This document shows positions 49,717 through 59,011 of a stretch of DNA of 64,000 bases, one piece after another. Numbering within the stretch: the first letter of the stretch is position 1; each line of letters opens with the position of its first letter. Under the pieces are notes generated by a model. The model saw only the letters and a list, made by a program, of their open reading frames with translations, made no database searches and had not been told where the DNA came from. A program made the position numbers and the translations under genes. This stretch comes from Nitrospirota bacterium (GTDB taxonomy: Bacteria; Nitrospirota; Thermodesulfovibrionia; Thermodesulfovibrionales; Dissulfurispiraceae): NCBI GenBank assembly GCA_040754455.1, contig JBFMCP010000005.1:1-64000 (forward strand). Reading direction: 5' to 3'.

Positions 49717-51417
49717 CTAAAACGCTTTGACTTTTACGACCTCCCTCTTCTTCGCATCCACCACATGGATTGCGCACGCAAGACACGGATCGAAAGAGTG
49801 GACGGTCCTCAACACCTCGAGCGGCTTTTCGGGATCAGCGACAGGATTGCCGATAAGAGATGCCTCATAGGGGCCGAGCGCATCCCCATCGTTTCTCGGG
49901 CCGGCATTCCAGGTCGAAGGCACCACTGCCTGATAGTTTTTAATCTTCCCCTTATCGATCACCACCCAATGGGAGAGTACGCCCCTCGGCGCTTCGTGGA
50001 ATCCGAAACCTTTGATCTCCCCCTTCGGAAATTCGGGACGATTGAAGGTTGTCATATCGCCTTTTGCAATGTTATTAACCAATGCCTCCCACTGACTCTT
50101 GAGGGTCTCATACATCACCGCGCAACGCACTGCTCTCGCTGCATGGCGGCCGATGGTCGAGTGGAGCGCCGTTACCGGCACCTTAGCGCCGGCGAGGCTG
50201 CTCACTGTAGCAAGCGCTTTATCCGTATATTTCTTGGTGGGTGCATGTCCTGCGGCATACATACACAAAACATTTGCAAGCGGACCGACCTGAGCCGGCT
50301 TTCCATTAAAGCTGGGTGCCTTCACCCAGGAATACTTGCCGTTGTCCTGGAAATTGGTATAGTGCGGGATCGTCTCCTCCTCCCACGGATGGCGCGTCCA
50401 GTTGCCTTCGTACCACGAATGTTTAATGCTTTCTTTGACGCCTTTCTTGAAGGTCTCGTCCTGGAAGCTCGTGATCGGCTTGAAGCGGCCGATATCGCCG
50501 CCCTCGATGTAGCCGCCGGGATGCGCAAACACGGTTCCTCTGGAATCCATCGGGAAGTCGGGAACAGAAAGATAATTCGTTACTCCTGCGCCGTACTTGG
50601 TCCAGTCGGCATAGAAGGCGCCTACTGCACAGACATCAACAAAATAGACATTGTGTACGAAGTCGCCGATCTCATCGATGATCGATTTGATGTAGTACAG
50701 CCGCTCCATCGTCAGTGTCGAGGGGCTGTCGGGGTTGATCGGATTGGCGACGCCGCCTACTGCCAAATTCTGGATATGCGGGGTTTTGCCGCCGAGGATC
50801 GAGACGATCATGTTTGCCTTGCGCTGGTACTCGAGCGCCTGGAGGTAGTGCGCTGCAGCGAGCAGGTTGACCTCGGGCGAGAGCTTCATGGCAGGATGAC
50901 CCCAGTAGCCATTGGTAAAGATGCCGAGCTGGCCGGTGCCGACAAAGGCCTTGAGTCGGTCCTGCACCTCTTTGAAGTGCTGCGAGCTGTTCATCTTCCA
51001 TGAGGAGACGCTCTGGGCGATCTGCGCTGTCTTCCTGGGATCAGCTTTCAACGCCGAAACGATATCCACCCAGTCAAGAGCGGAGAGATGATAGAAGTGA
51101 ACAATGTGATCATGGATTGCATGAGCAGCGATAATGAGATTTCTTATATACTGTGCATTGACCGGCACCTCGAGGTTCAATGCGTTCTCGACGGCTCTTA
51201 CTGACGCAATCGCATGCACCGTGGTGCAGACACCGCAGATTCTCTGGGTAAAGAGCCATGCCTCGCGCGGGTCTCTCCCCTTGAGGATGAGCTCGATGCC
51301 GCGCCACATCTGGCCCGACGACCAGGCGTTCTTCACCACCCCGCCGTCGATCTCGCAGTCTATCCTCAAATGACCTTCTATTCTTGTTACCGGATCGATG
51401 GTTATTCTTTTTGACAT
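49717..51417 (-). CDS. hybC: [NiFe] uptake hydrogenase large subunit (Hyd-2-like)
   Basis: RIEGH, RICGVCTTVH, DPCLACAIH. Confidence 0.95.
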   Translation of the reverse strand: MSKRITIDPVTRIEGHLRIDCEIDGGVVKNAWSSGQMWRGIELILKGRDPREAWLFTQRICGVCTTVHAIASVRAVENALNLEVPVNAQYIRNLIIAAHAIHDHIVHFYHLSALDWVDIVSALKADPRKTAQIAQSVSSWKMNSSQHFKEVQDRLKAFVGTGQLGIFTNGYWGHPAMKLSPEVNLLAAAHYLQALEYQRKANMIVSILGGKTPHIQNLAVGGVANPINPDSPSTLTMERLYYIKSIIDEIGDFVHNVYFVDVCAVGAFYADWTKYGAGVTNYLSVPDFPMDSRGTVFAHPGGYIEGGDIGRFKPITSFQDETFKKGVKESIKHSWYEGNWTRHPWEEETIPHYTNFQDNGKYSWVKAPSFNGKPAQVGPLANVLCMYAAGHAPTKKYTDKALATVSSLAGAKVPVTALHSTIGRHAARAVRCAVMYETLKSQWEALVNNIAKGDMTTFNRPEFPKGEIKGFGFHEAPRGVLSHWVVIDKGKIKNYQAVVPSTWNAGPRNDGDALGPYEASLIGNPVADPEKPLEVLRTVHSFDPCLACAIHVVDAKKREVVKVKAF

Positions 51418-51438
51418 GGAATATTCCTCCTATAAAAA

Positions 51439-52575
51439 TTATGCGTGCTTCACATCTGGCAGCACCGGAAGGGTTTTGACAACTACCAGATACAACAGCA
51501 CCTCCAGCGCTATGATGCCCAAGGTTATCATTGTCTCGGAAAAGGACGGGAAATAGTGCCACCCCGGACCGGGATCGAATCCTATTAAAAACGCGTTAAA
51601 ACGGTAGACCGCTCCTGCAAGCAGCATGAGCACCGCACCGATGAAGAGCATGCGCGGCCGTTCCCTGTTGACAGGCCTGAAGAGTATTACCATAGGTGCG
51701 ATATACAATATATTTTCGATGATGAACATGAAGCTTTTTATATCCAGCCTGAGAATTGCGCCGAGCTGTCCTCTCCAGAGGAGATCGCCGAATCTGAACA
51801 CCAGATAGAGCAGGATAAGCTTGGGAATAATTGCCGAGAGCTTTGACAGCAGCGGGGTCTCCATCGGCCTCCTGAACCCGAGGGAGGAGATAATCGACTC
51901 GAACACCACAATCGCGTATCCCATCGTAATCGAAGAGATCAGGAAGAGCAGCGGGATGAAGTCGGTCTGCCACAGGGGTGAAACCTTCTGCCCCGCGATA
52001 TAGATCAGCAATCCCAGTGATGACTGGTGCATGGTCGGCAGGAGCACGCCGATGGCGATAAATGCAAAGAGGACTTTTTTCAATACCTTGAGTACCTTCT
52101 CCTTGTTCCAACGCTCAAGGAATGCGGGGGTGAATTCTATCCAGAGCACCATGATGTAGGTCGTGACGCAGAGAGCCACCTCGAACATGACCGAGTTGAG
52201 CTGTGCGTACCACGGCAGGATGAGATTATAGGCCTGCCAGTAGCGCCCTACGTCGAAAAAAATTGATACTCCCGCGAGCGTGTATCCGAACATGCTCGCA
52301 AGGATTGCAGCGCGTATGAGCGGATAATAGGTCTTCTTGTTGAACACATAGATCAGCAGTGCCATCGCATACCCGCCGCAGGCAAAGGCGGTACCCACCA
52401 CAACGTCATAGGCGATCCAGATACCCCACGGATAGCCGTCGCTCATATTGGATACCGCACCGATACCAAAGATGAATCTCTTGATGATCAGAATACCCGC
52501 AAAGAGCGCAAAAGCAGCCAGGACCAGAAAAGGCTTGGTGATGATTTTTCCTCCCAATGGCTTAAACCCTCCCAT
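51439..52575 (-). CDS. hybB: Hydrogenase-2 membrane subunit (NrfD family)
   Basis: PWGIWIAYDV, LPTMHQSSLG. Confidence 0.93.
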   Translation of the reverse strand: MGGFKPLGGKIITKPFLVLAAFALFAGILIIKRFIFGIGAVSNMSDGYPWGIWIAYDVVVGTAFACGGYAMALLIYVFNKKTYYPLIRAAILASMFGYTLAGVSIFFDVGRYWQAYNLILPWYAQLNSVMFEVALCVTTYIMVLWIEFTPAFLERWNKEKVLKVLKKVLFAFIAIGVLLPTMHQSSLGLLIYIAGQKVSPLWQTDFIPLLFLISSITMGYAIVVFESIISSLGFRRPMETPLLSKLSAIIPKLILLYLVFRFGDLLWRGQLGAILRLDIKSFMFIIENILYIAPMVILFRPVNRERPRMLFIGAVLMLLAGAVYRFNAFLIGFDPGPGWHYFPSFSETMITLGIIALEVLLYLVVVKTLPVLPDVKHA

Positions 52576-52592
52576 ATCTCTCTCCTTTATCG

Positions 52593-53546
52593 CTACTCAT
52601 CTTTTTTTGTATTTCGATACACTGCATACAGAAGGCCGCCCAGAAGGGCAACGGGTGCGATCATTCCCTTGTAGATCGTATGCTGGAGCCCTTCCGACCG
52701 TGCTGCATCAGACACCTCCGAGAGCTTCGGCATGCCGAGCTTGTCGAAGGGCACTCCCGCGAGCATAAGGATCTGCGTGCCGCCGCCGTCCTTTTCCCCG
52801 TAAAGGTAGGGATAATACTGTTCGACAGCGCGTAACGATTTCTGGTCCGAGTTGATATGGGCCACAGGGAATTCGTACTCGTCTCCGGGTCTCAACGTCA
52901 ATCGGCGGCGTGCCTCCGCCTGCAGATCGGTGACCTTTCCGTACAGCGAGGCGCCGGTGGGACAGAACTCGCAGCATGCCGCATATTTGCCCTCTTTGAG
53001 ACGGTGCGAACAGAGCTGGCACTTCCTGATCTGCGGGAACGGTTCGTCCCATTCGAACTTCGGGATGTTGTAGGGACAGGCGACCTGGCAATATCTACAT
53101 CCGATACAGGCATCCTTGTTATAACTCACAATGCCGGTCTTCGGGTCTTTGGTCAGTGCCGAGACCGGACAGGCCGAAACGCAGGAAGGATCGATGCAAT
53201 GCATACACTGCCTTTTGACATAGGAGAAACCGTTCTCTTTATCTTTTTCAACTCCCGCGCCGTGCGTGTAGAGCTTGATGATGTTGAGCGTCTTTCCGGA
53301 AAGATCGAGGGGATTGTCATAAATGTTGTCCGTCGTCGAATGCTCGGGGGGCATGTTGTTGTACTGCTTGCATGCCGCAACGCAGGCCTTGCATCCGATG
53401 CAGAGGGTTGCATCATATAAAAAACCGACAGCTTCGGGAGGCAGGGCTTTGGGAGCCCTCGCTGCCAGTGCAGAAGGGACATCCGCCGCGAGCAGCAGTC
53501 CGCCATAGGCTACTCCTTTCAAGAAGTCTCGTCTCTTCATATCCAT
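52593..53546 (-). CDS. hybA: Hydrogenase-2 Fe-S subunit
   Basis: Tat KRRDFLK, four 4Fe-4S motifs, C-terminal TM. Confidence 0.94.
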   Translation of the reverse strand: MDMKRRDFLKGVAYGGLLLAADVPSALAARAPKALPPEAVGFLYDATLCIGCKACVAACKQYNNMPPEHSTTDNIYDNPLDLSGKTLNIIKLYTHGAGVEKDKENGFSYVKRQCMHCIDPSCVSACPVSALTKDPKTGIVSYNKDACIGCRYCQVACPYNIPKFEWDEPFPQIRKCQLCSHRLKEGKYAACCEFCPTGASLYGKVTDLQAEARRRLTLRPGDEYEFPVAHINSDQKSLRAVEQYYPYLYGEKDGGGTQILMLAGVPFDKLGMPKLSEVSDAARSEGLQHTIYKGMIAPVALLGGLLYAVYRNTKKDE

Positions 53547-53549
53547 GGC

Positions 53550-54692
53550 CTACTTCTCCTTCTTCCTGGGGTGCTCTTCCTTCTTCTCCGCATCCCTCTC
53601 ATGCTCGCCGAGCCTCTTTGCCAGGGTAGCACCCGCTCCGATCGCAGCACCCGCAACCCCTGCCACCACAGCAGCGCCGAGCACGGTGGCGCCGCCGCCC
53701 TTCTCCTCATGAATACGGGGATAGGTCGAGGGGGGAGTAACGGTATGCAGCCTGGCGAGGGTGTGGAGCGGTGTACTGAATCCAACGCCCTTTTCAGAGC
53801 AGCCGAAGCAGGGATGGCCCGCACCGACAGGCCATGTGCCTGCACCCGTGTCGCCGAATTGCAGGGTCGAGCAGTTGTTGAAGGTCTCTGGTCCCTTGCA
53901 CCCTAGTTTGTAGAGGCAATAGCCTTTTCTATGGTTTTCATCACCGTACTGGATGGCAAATCTTCCTGCGTCGAAGTGGGGCCGCCGCTCGCAGTTCTCG
54001 TGGATAACACGGCTATAGGCGAACGTGGGCCTGCCTTTTTCATCGAGCTCGGGGAGTTTTTTGAGAGTCAGGAAGTGGATAACGGTTGAGAGTAAATTAT
54101 AGGGGTTCGGAGGGCATCCGGGAATCGTGACAACAGGTTTGCCTTTCACAAGCTCTGTTATTCCTTTTGCGCCGGTGGGGTTCGGTCCGGCAGCGGGTAT
54201 GCCACCCCAAGATGAGCAGGAGCCCATGGCGATCACCGCTGCTGCGTGCGGATAGGTTTCATTCAGAATTTCAAGGGCGGTCTTACCACCGATCTTGCAG
54301 TAGATACCTCCCTCTTTTGTTGGCACCGAGCCGTCGACCACGAGGATGAATTTGCCTTTGTTTTCCTGGATCGATTTCTGCTTCGCTGCCTCGACCTGAT
54401 GGCCTGCGGCAACGCTGAGCGTTTCGGAGTAATCGAGCGAGATGAGATCGAGAAGGAGATGCTCCAGTGTAGGATGAGTGGAGCGCAGGAGAGATTCGAC
54501 ACATCCGGTGCACTCCTGGAAAGAGAGCCAGATCACCGGCGGACGTTTGGGGTTGGTAATTGCTTCTGCGATCTTCGCCCCCATGCCGAGGGGCAATCCC
54601 ATACCGGCAGCCATGACCGTACAATACCTCAGGAAATCCCTTCGCGATATGCCGCCGAGCTTCTTTCTGACTTCAGCCTCATGCTCTTTCAT
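53550..54692 (-). CDS. hybO: [NiFe] hydrogenase small subunit
   Basis: SRRDFL, ECTGC, GCPPNP, C-terminal anchor; SD GGAGG before ATG 54692. Confidence 0.94.
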   Translation of the reverse strand: MKEHEAEVRKKLGGISRRDFLRYCTVMAAGMGLPLGMGAKIAEAITNPKRPPVIWLSFQECTGCVESLLRSTHPTLEHLLLDLISLDYSETLSVAAGHQVEAAKQKSIQENKGKFILVVDGSVPTKEGGIYCKIGGKTALEILNETYPHAAAVIAMGSCSSWGGIPAAGPNPTGAKGITELVKGKPVVTIPGCPPNPYNLLSTVIHFLTLKKLPELDEKGRPTFAYSRVIHENCERRPHFDAGRFAIQYGDENHRKGYCLYKLGCKGPETFNNCSTLQFGDTGAGTWPVGAGHPCFGCSEKGVGFSTPLHTLARLHTVTPPSTYPRIHEEKGGGATVLGAAVVAGVAGAAIGAGATLAKRLGEHERDAEKKEEHPRKKEK

Positions 54693-54765
54693 AGTCTCCT
54701 CCGTCCTCTTTTCTTTGTTCATTTGCCTATGAATTCCATAATTTCAATGATTTTCTTCTTTTTCG

Positions 54766-54803
54766 TGTTATTAACATTATACTGTCAATAAATTTGTTGT
54801 CAA
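54766..54803 (-). promoter_or_regulatory. Consensus sigma70 promoter with TGTTA-N-TAACA dyad over the start site
   Basis: TTGACA(54803-798)-N16-TATAAT(54781-776); dyad 54766-54776. Confidence 0.75.
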
Positions 54804-55002
54804 GCATTCTTTAATGATAATGAATATTTCTTATTTTATTATTTTTTTATCTGAAAGTACGGCTCAAACAGGAAAGAATCATTCACAATGAATGCTTTTT
54901 ATGCAGACGGGGCGGGATTATCGCTACAGCACATTAAGGTCCTTCTGTCTGGTTGGTGCAGACAGTTAAAGAGTTGCTTGCAGCGAAAAGGGTGTGGGAG
55001 GA

Positions 55003-55116
55003 TTATCTCCCGACAAAGTACATCTTCCAATAGATGAGGAAGATACTGTAGATGAGCAGCAGTGCGATGATACCCAGCGCAATCTTTGCAAACCATTTCG
55101 ATCCCTTTTCCTTCAT
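55003..55116 (-). CDS. 37-aa single-pass membrane microprotein
   Basis: MKEKGSKWFAKIALGIIALLLIYSIFLIYWKMYFVGR; SD AGGGGG. Confidence 0.7.
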   Translation of the reverse strand: MKEKGSKWFAKIALGIIALLLIYSIFLIYWKMYFVGR

Positions 55117-55248
55117 CTTGTCCCCCTGCGAATACAACAAAAGGTTACTACAATTGCACCATGCGCGTTAAGCGCCCCTCTTATCTTATATTCAGGATAT
55201 ATCCGGGGAAGAATGTCAAGTTAATTCTTCTGTCAAAAAAAGAAACGA

Positions 55249-55728
55249 TTACGGGTGAGAGAGCATCGGCTCCAAAGCAGTGACAAGCAAAGATACTACG
55301 CGAGGCATGGCTGCAGCCACCGCATCTGTCATTGCATCACCGAAGTGCACTACATCTTCCGCCTCTACGGCCCAGATGGCGATGTCCTCCGGAAGGTCGA
55401 ATCCCATGCGCTTTCCGGCTTCGAAGGCGCAGGCGAGTGTCGTATCGTGCATCGACGAACTATGGAGGGTTGCCGGGACGTTGCGGAGGCTCAGCCGGTA
55501 TACAGTACCGGCCGGCGCATTCCCGGTGCAGATCGCATCGATGAGGAACACCCTGTCATAGCCGATCATCTCTTCCATGAGTCTCAGTCCGCCTACGGAT
55601 AATTCCTTTATATCGATCCCCTCATGTTCCCGAACATGCTTCCTCAATTCCCGCGCAACGGCGATGCCGATGCCGTCATCACGAAGAATCGGGTTACCGA
55701 GGCCGATGATTAAGGTTTTTTTTATCAT
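55249..55728 (-). CDS. Hydrogenase maturation protease
   Basis: GLGNPILRDDGIG, IDA, SSMHD. Confidence 0.92.
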   Translation of the reverse strand: MIKKTLIIGLGNPILRDDGIGIAVARELRKHVREHEGIDIKELSVGGLRLMEEMIGYDRVFLIDAICTGNAPAGTVYRLSLRNVPATLHSSSMHDTTLACAFEAGKRMGFDLPEDIAIWAVEAEDVVHFGDAMTDAVAAAMPRVVSLLVTALEPMLSHP

Positions 55729-55742
55729 AGTAATAGAATCAT

Positions 55743-55823
55743 AGAATTCAGGAGCCAGGAGTCAGAAGCCAGAATAAAAGCTTTCCTTCCCCTTCTAGCT
55801 CCTGACTTCTGGATTCTGGCTCT
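55743..55823. repeat. Inverted heptamer hairpin, AGAAGYC family
   Basis: AGAATTC AGGAGCC AGGAGTC AGAAGCC AGAATAA / AGCTCCT GACTTCT GGATTCT GGCTCT. Confidence 0.88.
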
Positions 55824-55828
55824 ATGCT

Positions 55829-57313
55829 TTAATATTGCGACAGCTCCCTGATTACCTCTCCTGCTTGATTACGTATTCTGACCCTGAGCGGCATCTGTCC
55901 CGGCAGCGCATGGGTTGCGCAGGAGAAGCAGGGATCGTAGAGTCTGAACGCCATCTCTATCCTGTTCAGCAGCCCCTGTTCGATGATGGTGCCCTTGCTG
56001 ATAAGGGTCTGGGCCGCCTTCTTAACGGACATCGCAATCGGCGCGTAGTTGTTGGTAGTACCGACAACGAGATTGACTTTTTGCAGGATTCCTCGCTCAT
56101 CGGTCCGGTAATGGTGCGTGAGCGTACCGCGGGGCGCCTCCACAGCGCCGACTCCTTCAACGGGTGTTTCGGTAGGAATGACACGCACATGGGGATCGGT
56201 GATTTCAGGATCGACGATCAGCTCATGCATGCGCTCCGCAGCATAGAGGAGCTCGATCAGCCGCGCCCAGTGTGTTGCGAGGCGGTAATGCACCGGCCCG
56301 TAACTGCCGTCGTCCCTTTTCGTGCCGAGCGTTGCATAGAACTGTTCGAAGGCCTCCTGTGCGCGGGGTGTGGCCATGCCCTTTGCAACATTGAGACGCG
56401 CCAGCGGCGTTGCACAATACACGCCGCTCTGAGCTCCATCGACAAAGCCCTTCCAGCCGACCGCCTTCAGATAAGGGAATTTAAGGTACGTCCAGGATTC
56501 GACACGCTCGGTAATGTGATCCCGGTAATCGCGGGGATGATAGTTCACCAATTCGTTCCCGTCGGGGTCAACAACGCGCACCCGGCCATCGTAAAAGTTG
56601 ATATAACCTCTTTCATCAACAGTGCCCATGTAATAGGTACGGTGGGTATAGGCATCGGACACCATGAGGTCATGGTACTCGGGGTTCTGCAAAACGACCG
56701 AACGGAACAGATCGAGGCTCCGGAGCGCAAAAGCGATATTCTTTTCCGCTATGAGCTGAATCTCTCTCTGCTCCTCTCCGGTGAGCGCCTTGCTCCATCC
56801 GCCCGGAAGCCCGGCGCAGGGATGGATCACTCTTCCGCCGACCAGCTGAATGGCGTGGTGGTTCCTTTTTCTGCACTCGATCACCTCTCTGCCGATATCG
56901 ATGCCGATCTTCTGCAATACGCCGAAGATATTTCGCTCGGCAGGCGGCGCATCGGGCCCCACAATGAAATCAGGTCCTCCAAGGGCATAGAAGTGGGTCG
57001 TGTGGTCGGCAACGAAGAAGGCAGAGTAGAACATCTCCCGCAGCTTCTTTGCCGCAGGAGGAGGATCGACCCTGTACAAATCATCGAGCGCCTTGGTTGA
57101 TGCTATGTGATGGGCTTCGGGACAGATGCCGCAGATGCGGCTGGTGATATTCGGCATATCCTCTGCGAGGCGTCCGACACAGAACTGCTCGAACCCCCTC
57201 AACTCGGGGACAATGAAATAGGCATTCGCTACCTCACCTTCGTCGTTGAGGAATATCTCAATCCTGCCGTGGCCTTCCAGCCTCGTCACCGGGTCAATGC
57301 TGATCTTCTTCAT
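55829..57313 (-). CDS. mvhA: Group 3c [NiFe] hydrogenase large subunit
   Basis: [21 protein letters not shown]. Confidence 0.92.
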   Translation of the reverse strand: MKKISIDPVTRLEGHGRIEIFLNDEGEVANAYFIVPELRGFEQFCVGRLAEDMPNITSRICGICPEAHHIASTKALDDLYRVDPPPAAKKLREMFYSAFFVADHTTHFYALGGPDFIVGPDAPPAERNIFGVLQKIGIDIGREVIECRKRNHHAIQLVGGRVIHPCAGLPGGWSKALTGEEQREIQLIAEKNIAFALRSLDLFRSVVLQNPEYHDLMVSDAYTHRTYYMGTVDERGYINFYDGRVRVVDPDGNELVNYHPRDYRDHITERVESWTYLKFPYLKAVGWKGFVDGAQSGVYCATPLARLNVAKGMATPRAQEAFEQFYATLGTKRDDGSYGPVHYRLATHWARLIELLYAAERMHELIVDPEITDPHVRVIPTETPVEGVGAVEAPRGTLTHHYRTDERGILQKVNLVVGTTNNYAPIAMSVKKAAQTLISKGTIIEQGLLNRIEMAFRLYDPCFSCATHALPGQMPLRVRIRNQAGEVIRELSQY

Positions 57314-57320
57314 AATCGAT

Positions 57321-57398
57321 AAAGATAAAAAATCAAAAAGAAAAAAGCAAAATTAATAAATTCATTACTTTTAATCTTTTCTTTTTGCATTTTAATCT
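57321..57398. repeat. Inverted A-rich heptamer hairpin
   Basis: AAAAATC AAAAAGA AAAAAGC AAAATT / TTTTAATCTTTTCTTTTTGCATTTTAATCT. Confidence 0.65.
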
Positions 57399-58393
57399 CC
57401 CCTGAAGGGGTGCCGCGCCCTCTGTAGCAGCGAATGCGCCAGACTGAATTTATAAAAAGTCCCTGCCGGATCAAGAAGGGAATTGAGCGCATCTTCGATC
57501 TGCCTGCTTATCGCATCATCACCGTTCCCTTCGATATCGACCTCTACGATTGACGCCAGTGCAGAGAGCATCGCCGCGCCCTGATCGATGACGCCTTCGG
57601 CCGGCCCATAGCATCCGATGCAGGGCATGCCTGCCTTCGGACAGAGGGCTGTACAGCCGCTCCTGGTGGCTGGGCCCATGCAGACCATGCCCTGGTCGAT
57701 AAGGCAGTTCTCTTTATCCGGGATGATTTCGTGGAGGCGATAAAGCTTTCTGACCCGCTTTTCTCTTCGTAGGCGGGGACACTCTTCACAAAGGGCCTTT
57801 GCGCCTGCACCGATCACTGAACCTTTCGGAGGAAGATCACCGCCTTTCATCACCATATCTATGACCGTCTGAATCTGATGCGGTTCAGGAGGGCAGCCGG
57901 GAACCGAGTAATCCACATCAACGGTCTGCCGCAGACTTTTTACAGTGTCATGAAACGAGGGCAGATGGAGCTCCCCCTCATCGACTGTAGTAGTTACCCT
58001 GGGTGTTATCGAATAAGGATTATCGGTACTCGGATTTTCGAGATAGATGGAAGCAGCATGATCACGTGCACTCGACAGGTTCGACAATCCGGGGATACAC
58101 CCCTCATACGCGCATGAGCCGAAGGCGACGAGCAGCCTCGATTTTGCTCTGAGCAGACGGGCCATTGCCACGTCATCATCATTACGGATAGCGCCGTTGA
58201 AAAAGGTGAGCGCTATAGCACCATCGGAAAGCGCTTCCACATCGCTTCGCTTGCCGTCCATGACACAGGGCCAGAAGACCGGCTCGAAGACAGTAGCAAA
58301 ATCGAGTAGCTCCTCATGTATGCCGAGGAGCGCGATCTCGCACCCGCCGCAGGCAGAGGCCCAGTACATAGCGAATTTCGAACGTTCCTGCAT
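57392..58393 (-). CDS. mvhG: Group 3c hydrogenase small subunit
   Basis: ACGGCE, GSCA, PGCPP, CMGPATRSGC; TGATG overlap with mvhD. Confidence 0.92.
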   Translation of the reverse strand: MQERSKFAMYWASACGGCEIALLGIHEELLDFATVFEPVFWPCVMDGKRSDVEALSDGAIALTFFNGAIRNDDDVAMARLLRAKSRLLVAFGSCAYEGCIPGLSNLSSARDHAASIYLENPSTDNPYSITPRVTTTVDEGELHLPSFHDTVKSLRQTVDVDYSVPGCPPEPHQIQTVIDMVMKGGDLPPKGSVIGAGAKALCEECPRLRREKRVRKLYRLHEIIPDKENCLIDQGMVCMGPATRSGCTALCPKAGMPCIGCYGPAEGVIDQGAAMLSALASIVEVDIEGNGDDAISRQIEDALNSLLDPAGTFYKFSLAHSLLQRARHPFRGD

Positions 58394-58827
58394 CACTGCC
58401 TCCTCCCGCTGATCACCTGAGGCCACTGCAGCGGTCCCAGTGCCCGCAATGCCGCAGTCATCCTGTTTATCTTTTCTGAAAGAGCAGCTCCCTCTGAAGC
58501 AGAGACCCAGGCAAGCTGTATGCGCTCGCGCTCGATGCCGAACTGTCCGGCAAGATTTCGTACGAGATGAAAGCGTCCGAGGGTTCTTATATTGCCTGCC
58601 TCATAGTGGCATTCGCCGGGATGGCATCCGGCAATGAGAACGCCGTCCGCTCCCTCCCGCAGTGCCTTGAGCACCAGCTGCGGCTCGACTCTTCCGCTGC
58701 ACATGACCCTGATGATGCGGAGGTTCGGAGCAGAATGGAGACGCAGCGTGCCGGCGCGGTCCGCTGCGCGGTAGGCGCACCAGTTGCAGAAGAAACCGAC
58801 AATAACAGGCTCGAAAGAATTAATCAT
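58393..58827 (-). CDS. mvhD: Hydrogenase 2Fe-2S delta subunit
   Basis: CNWCAY, MCSGRV, GCHPGECHY. Confidence 0.95.
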   Translation of the reverse strand: MINSFEPVIVGFFCNWCAYRAADRAGTLRLHSAPNLRIIRVMCSGRVEPQLVLKALREGADGVLIAGCHPGECHYEAGNIRTLGRFHLVRNLAGQFGIERERIQLAWVSASEGAALSEKINRMTAALRALGPLQWPQVISGRRQ

Positions 58828-58889
58828 AAGCCTCTACTCTATTGAGAGCGTTTTCGCATTAAGCAGTGAAGACCTGAACCCCTTGTGGC

Positions 58890-58975
58890 AGATTAAAAAT
58901 TAAAAAGAAAAATGAAAAATTGAGGATTCCTTATTTTTGAATTTTTCTTTTTTATTTTTAATTTTACCTTTTTAT
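58890..58975. repeat. Inverted A-rich heptamer hairpin
   Basis: TAAAAAT TAAAAAG AAAAATG .. GAGGATTCCTT .. TTTTTGAATTTTTC. Confidence 0.65.
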
Positions 58976-59011
58976 TCTGTACAACCGATGAGCGCATCCG
59001 TCAGGTTTGTA

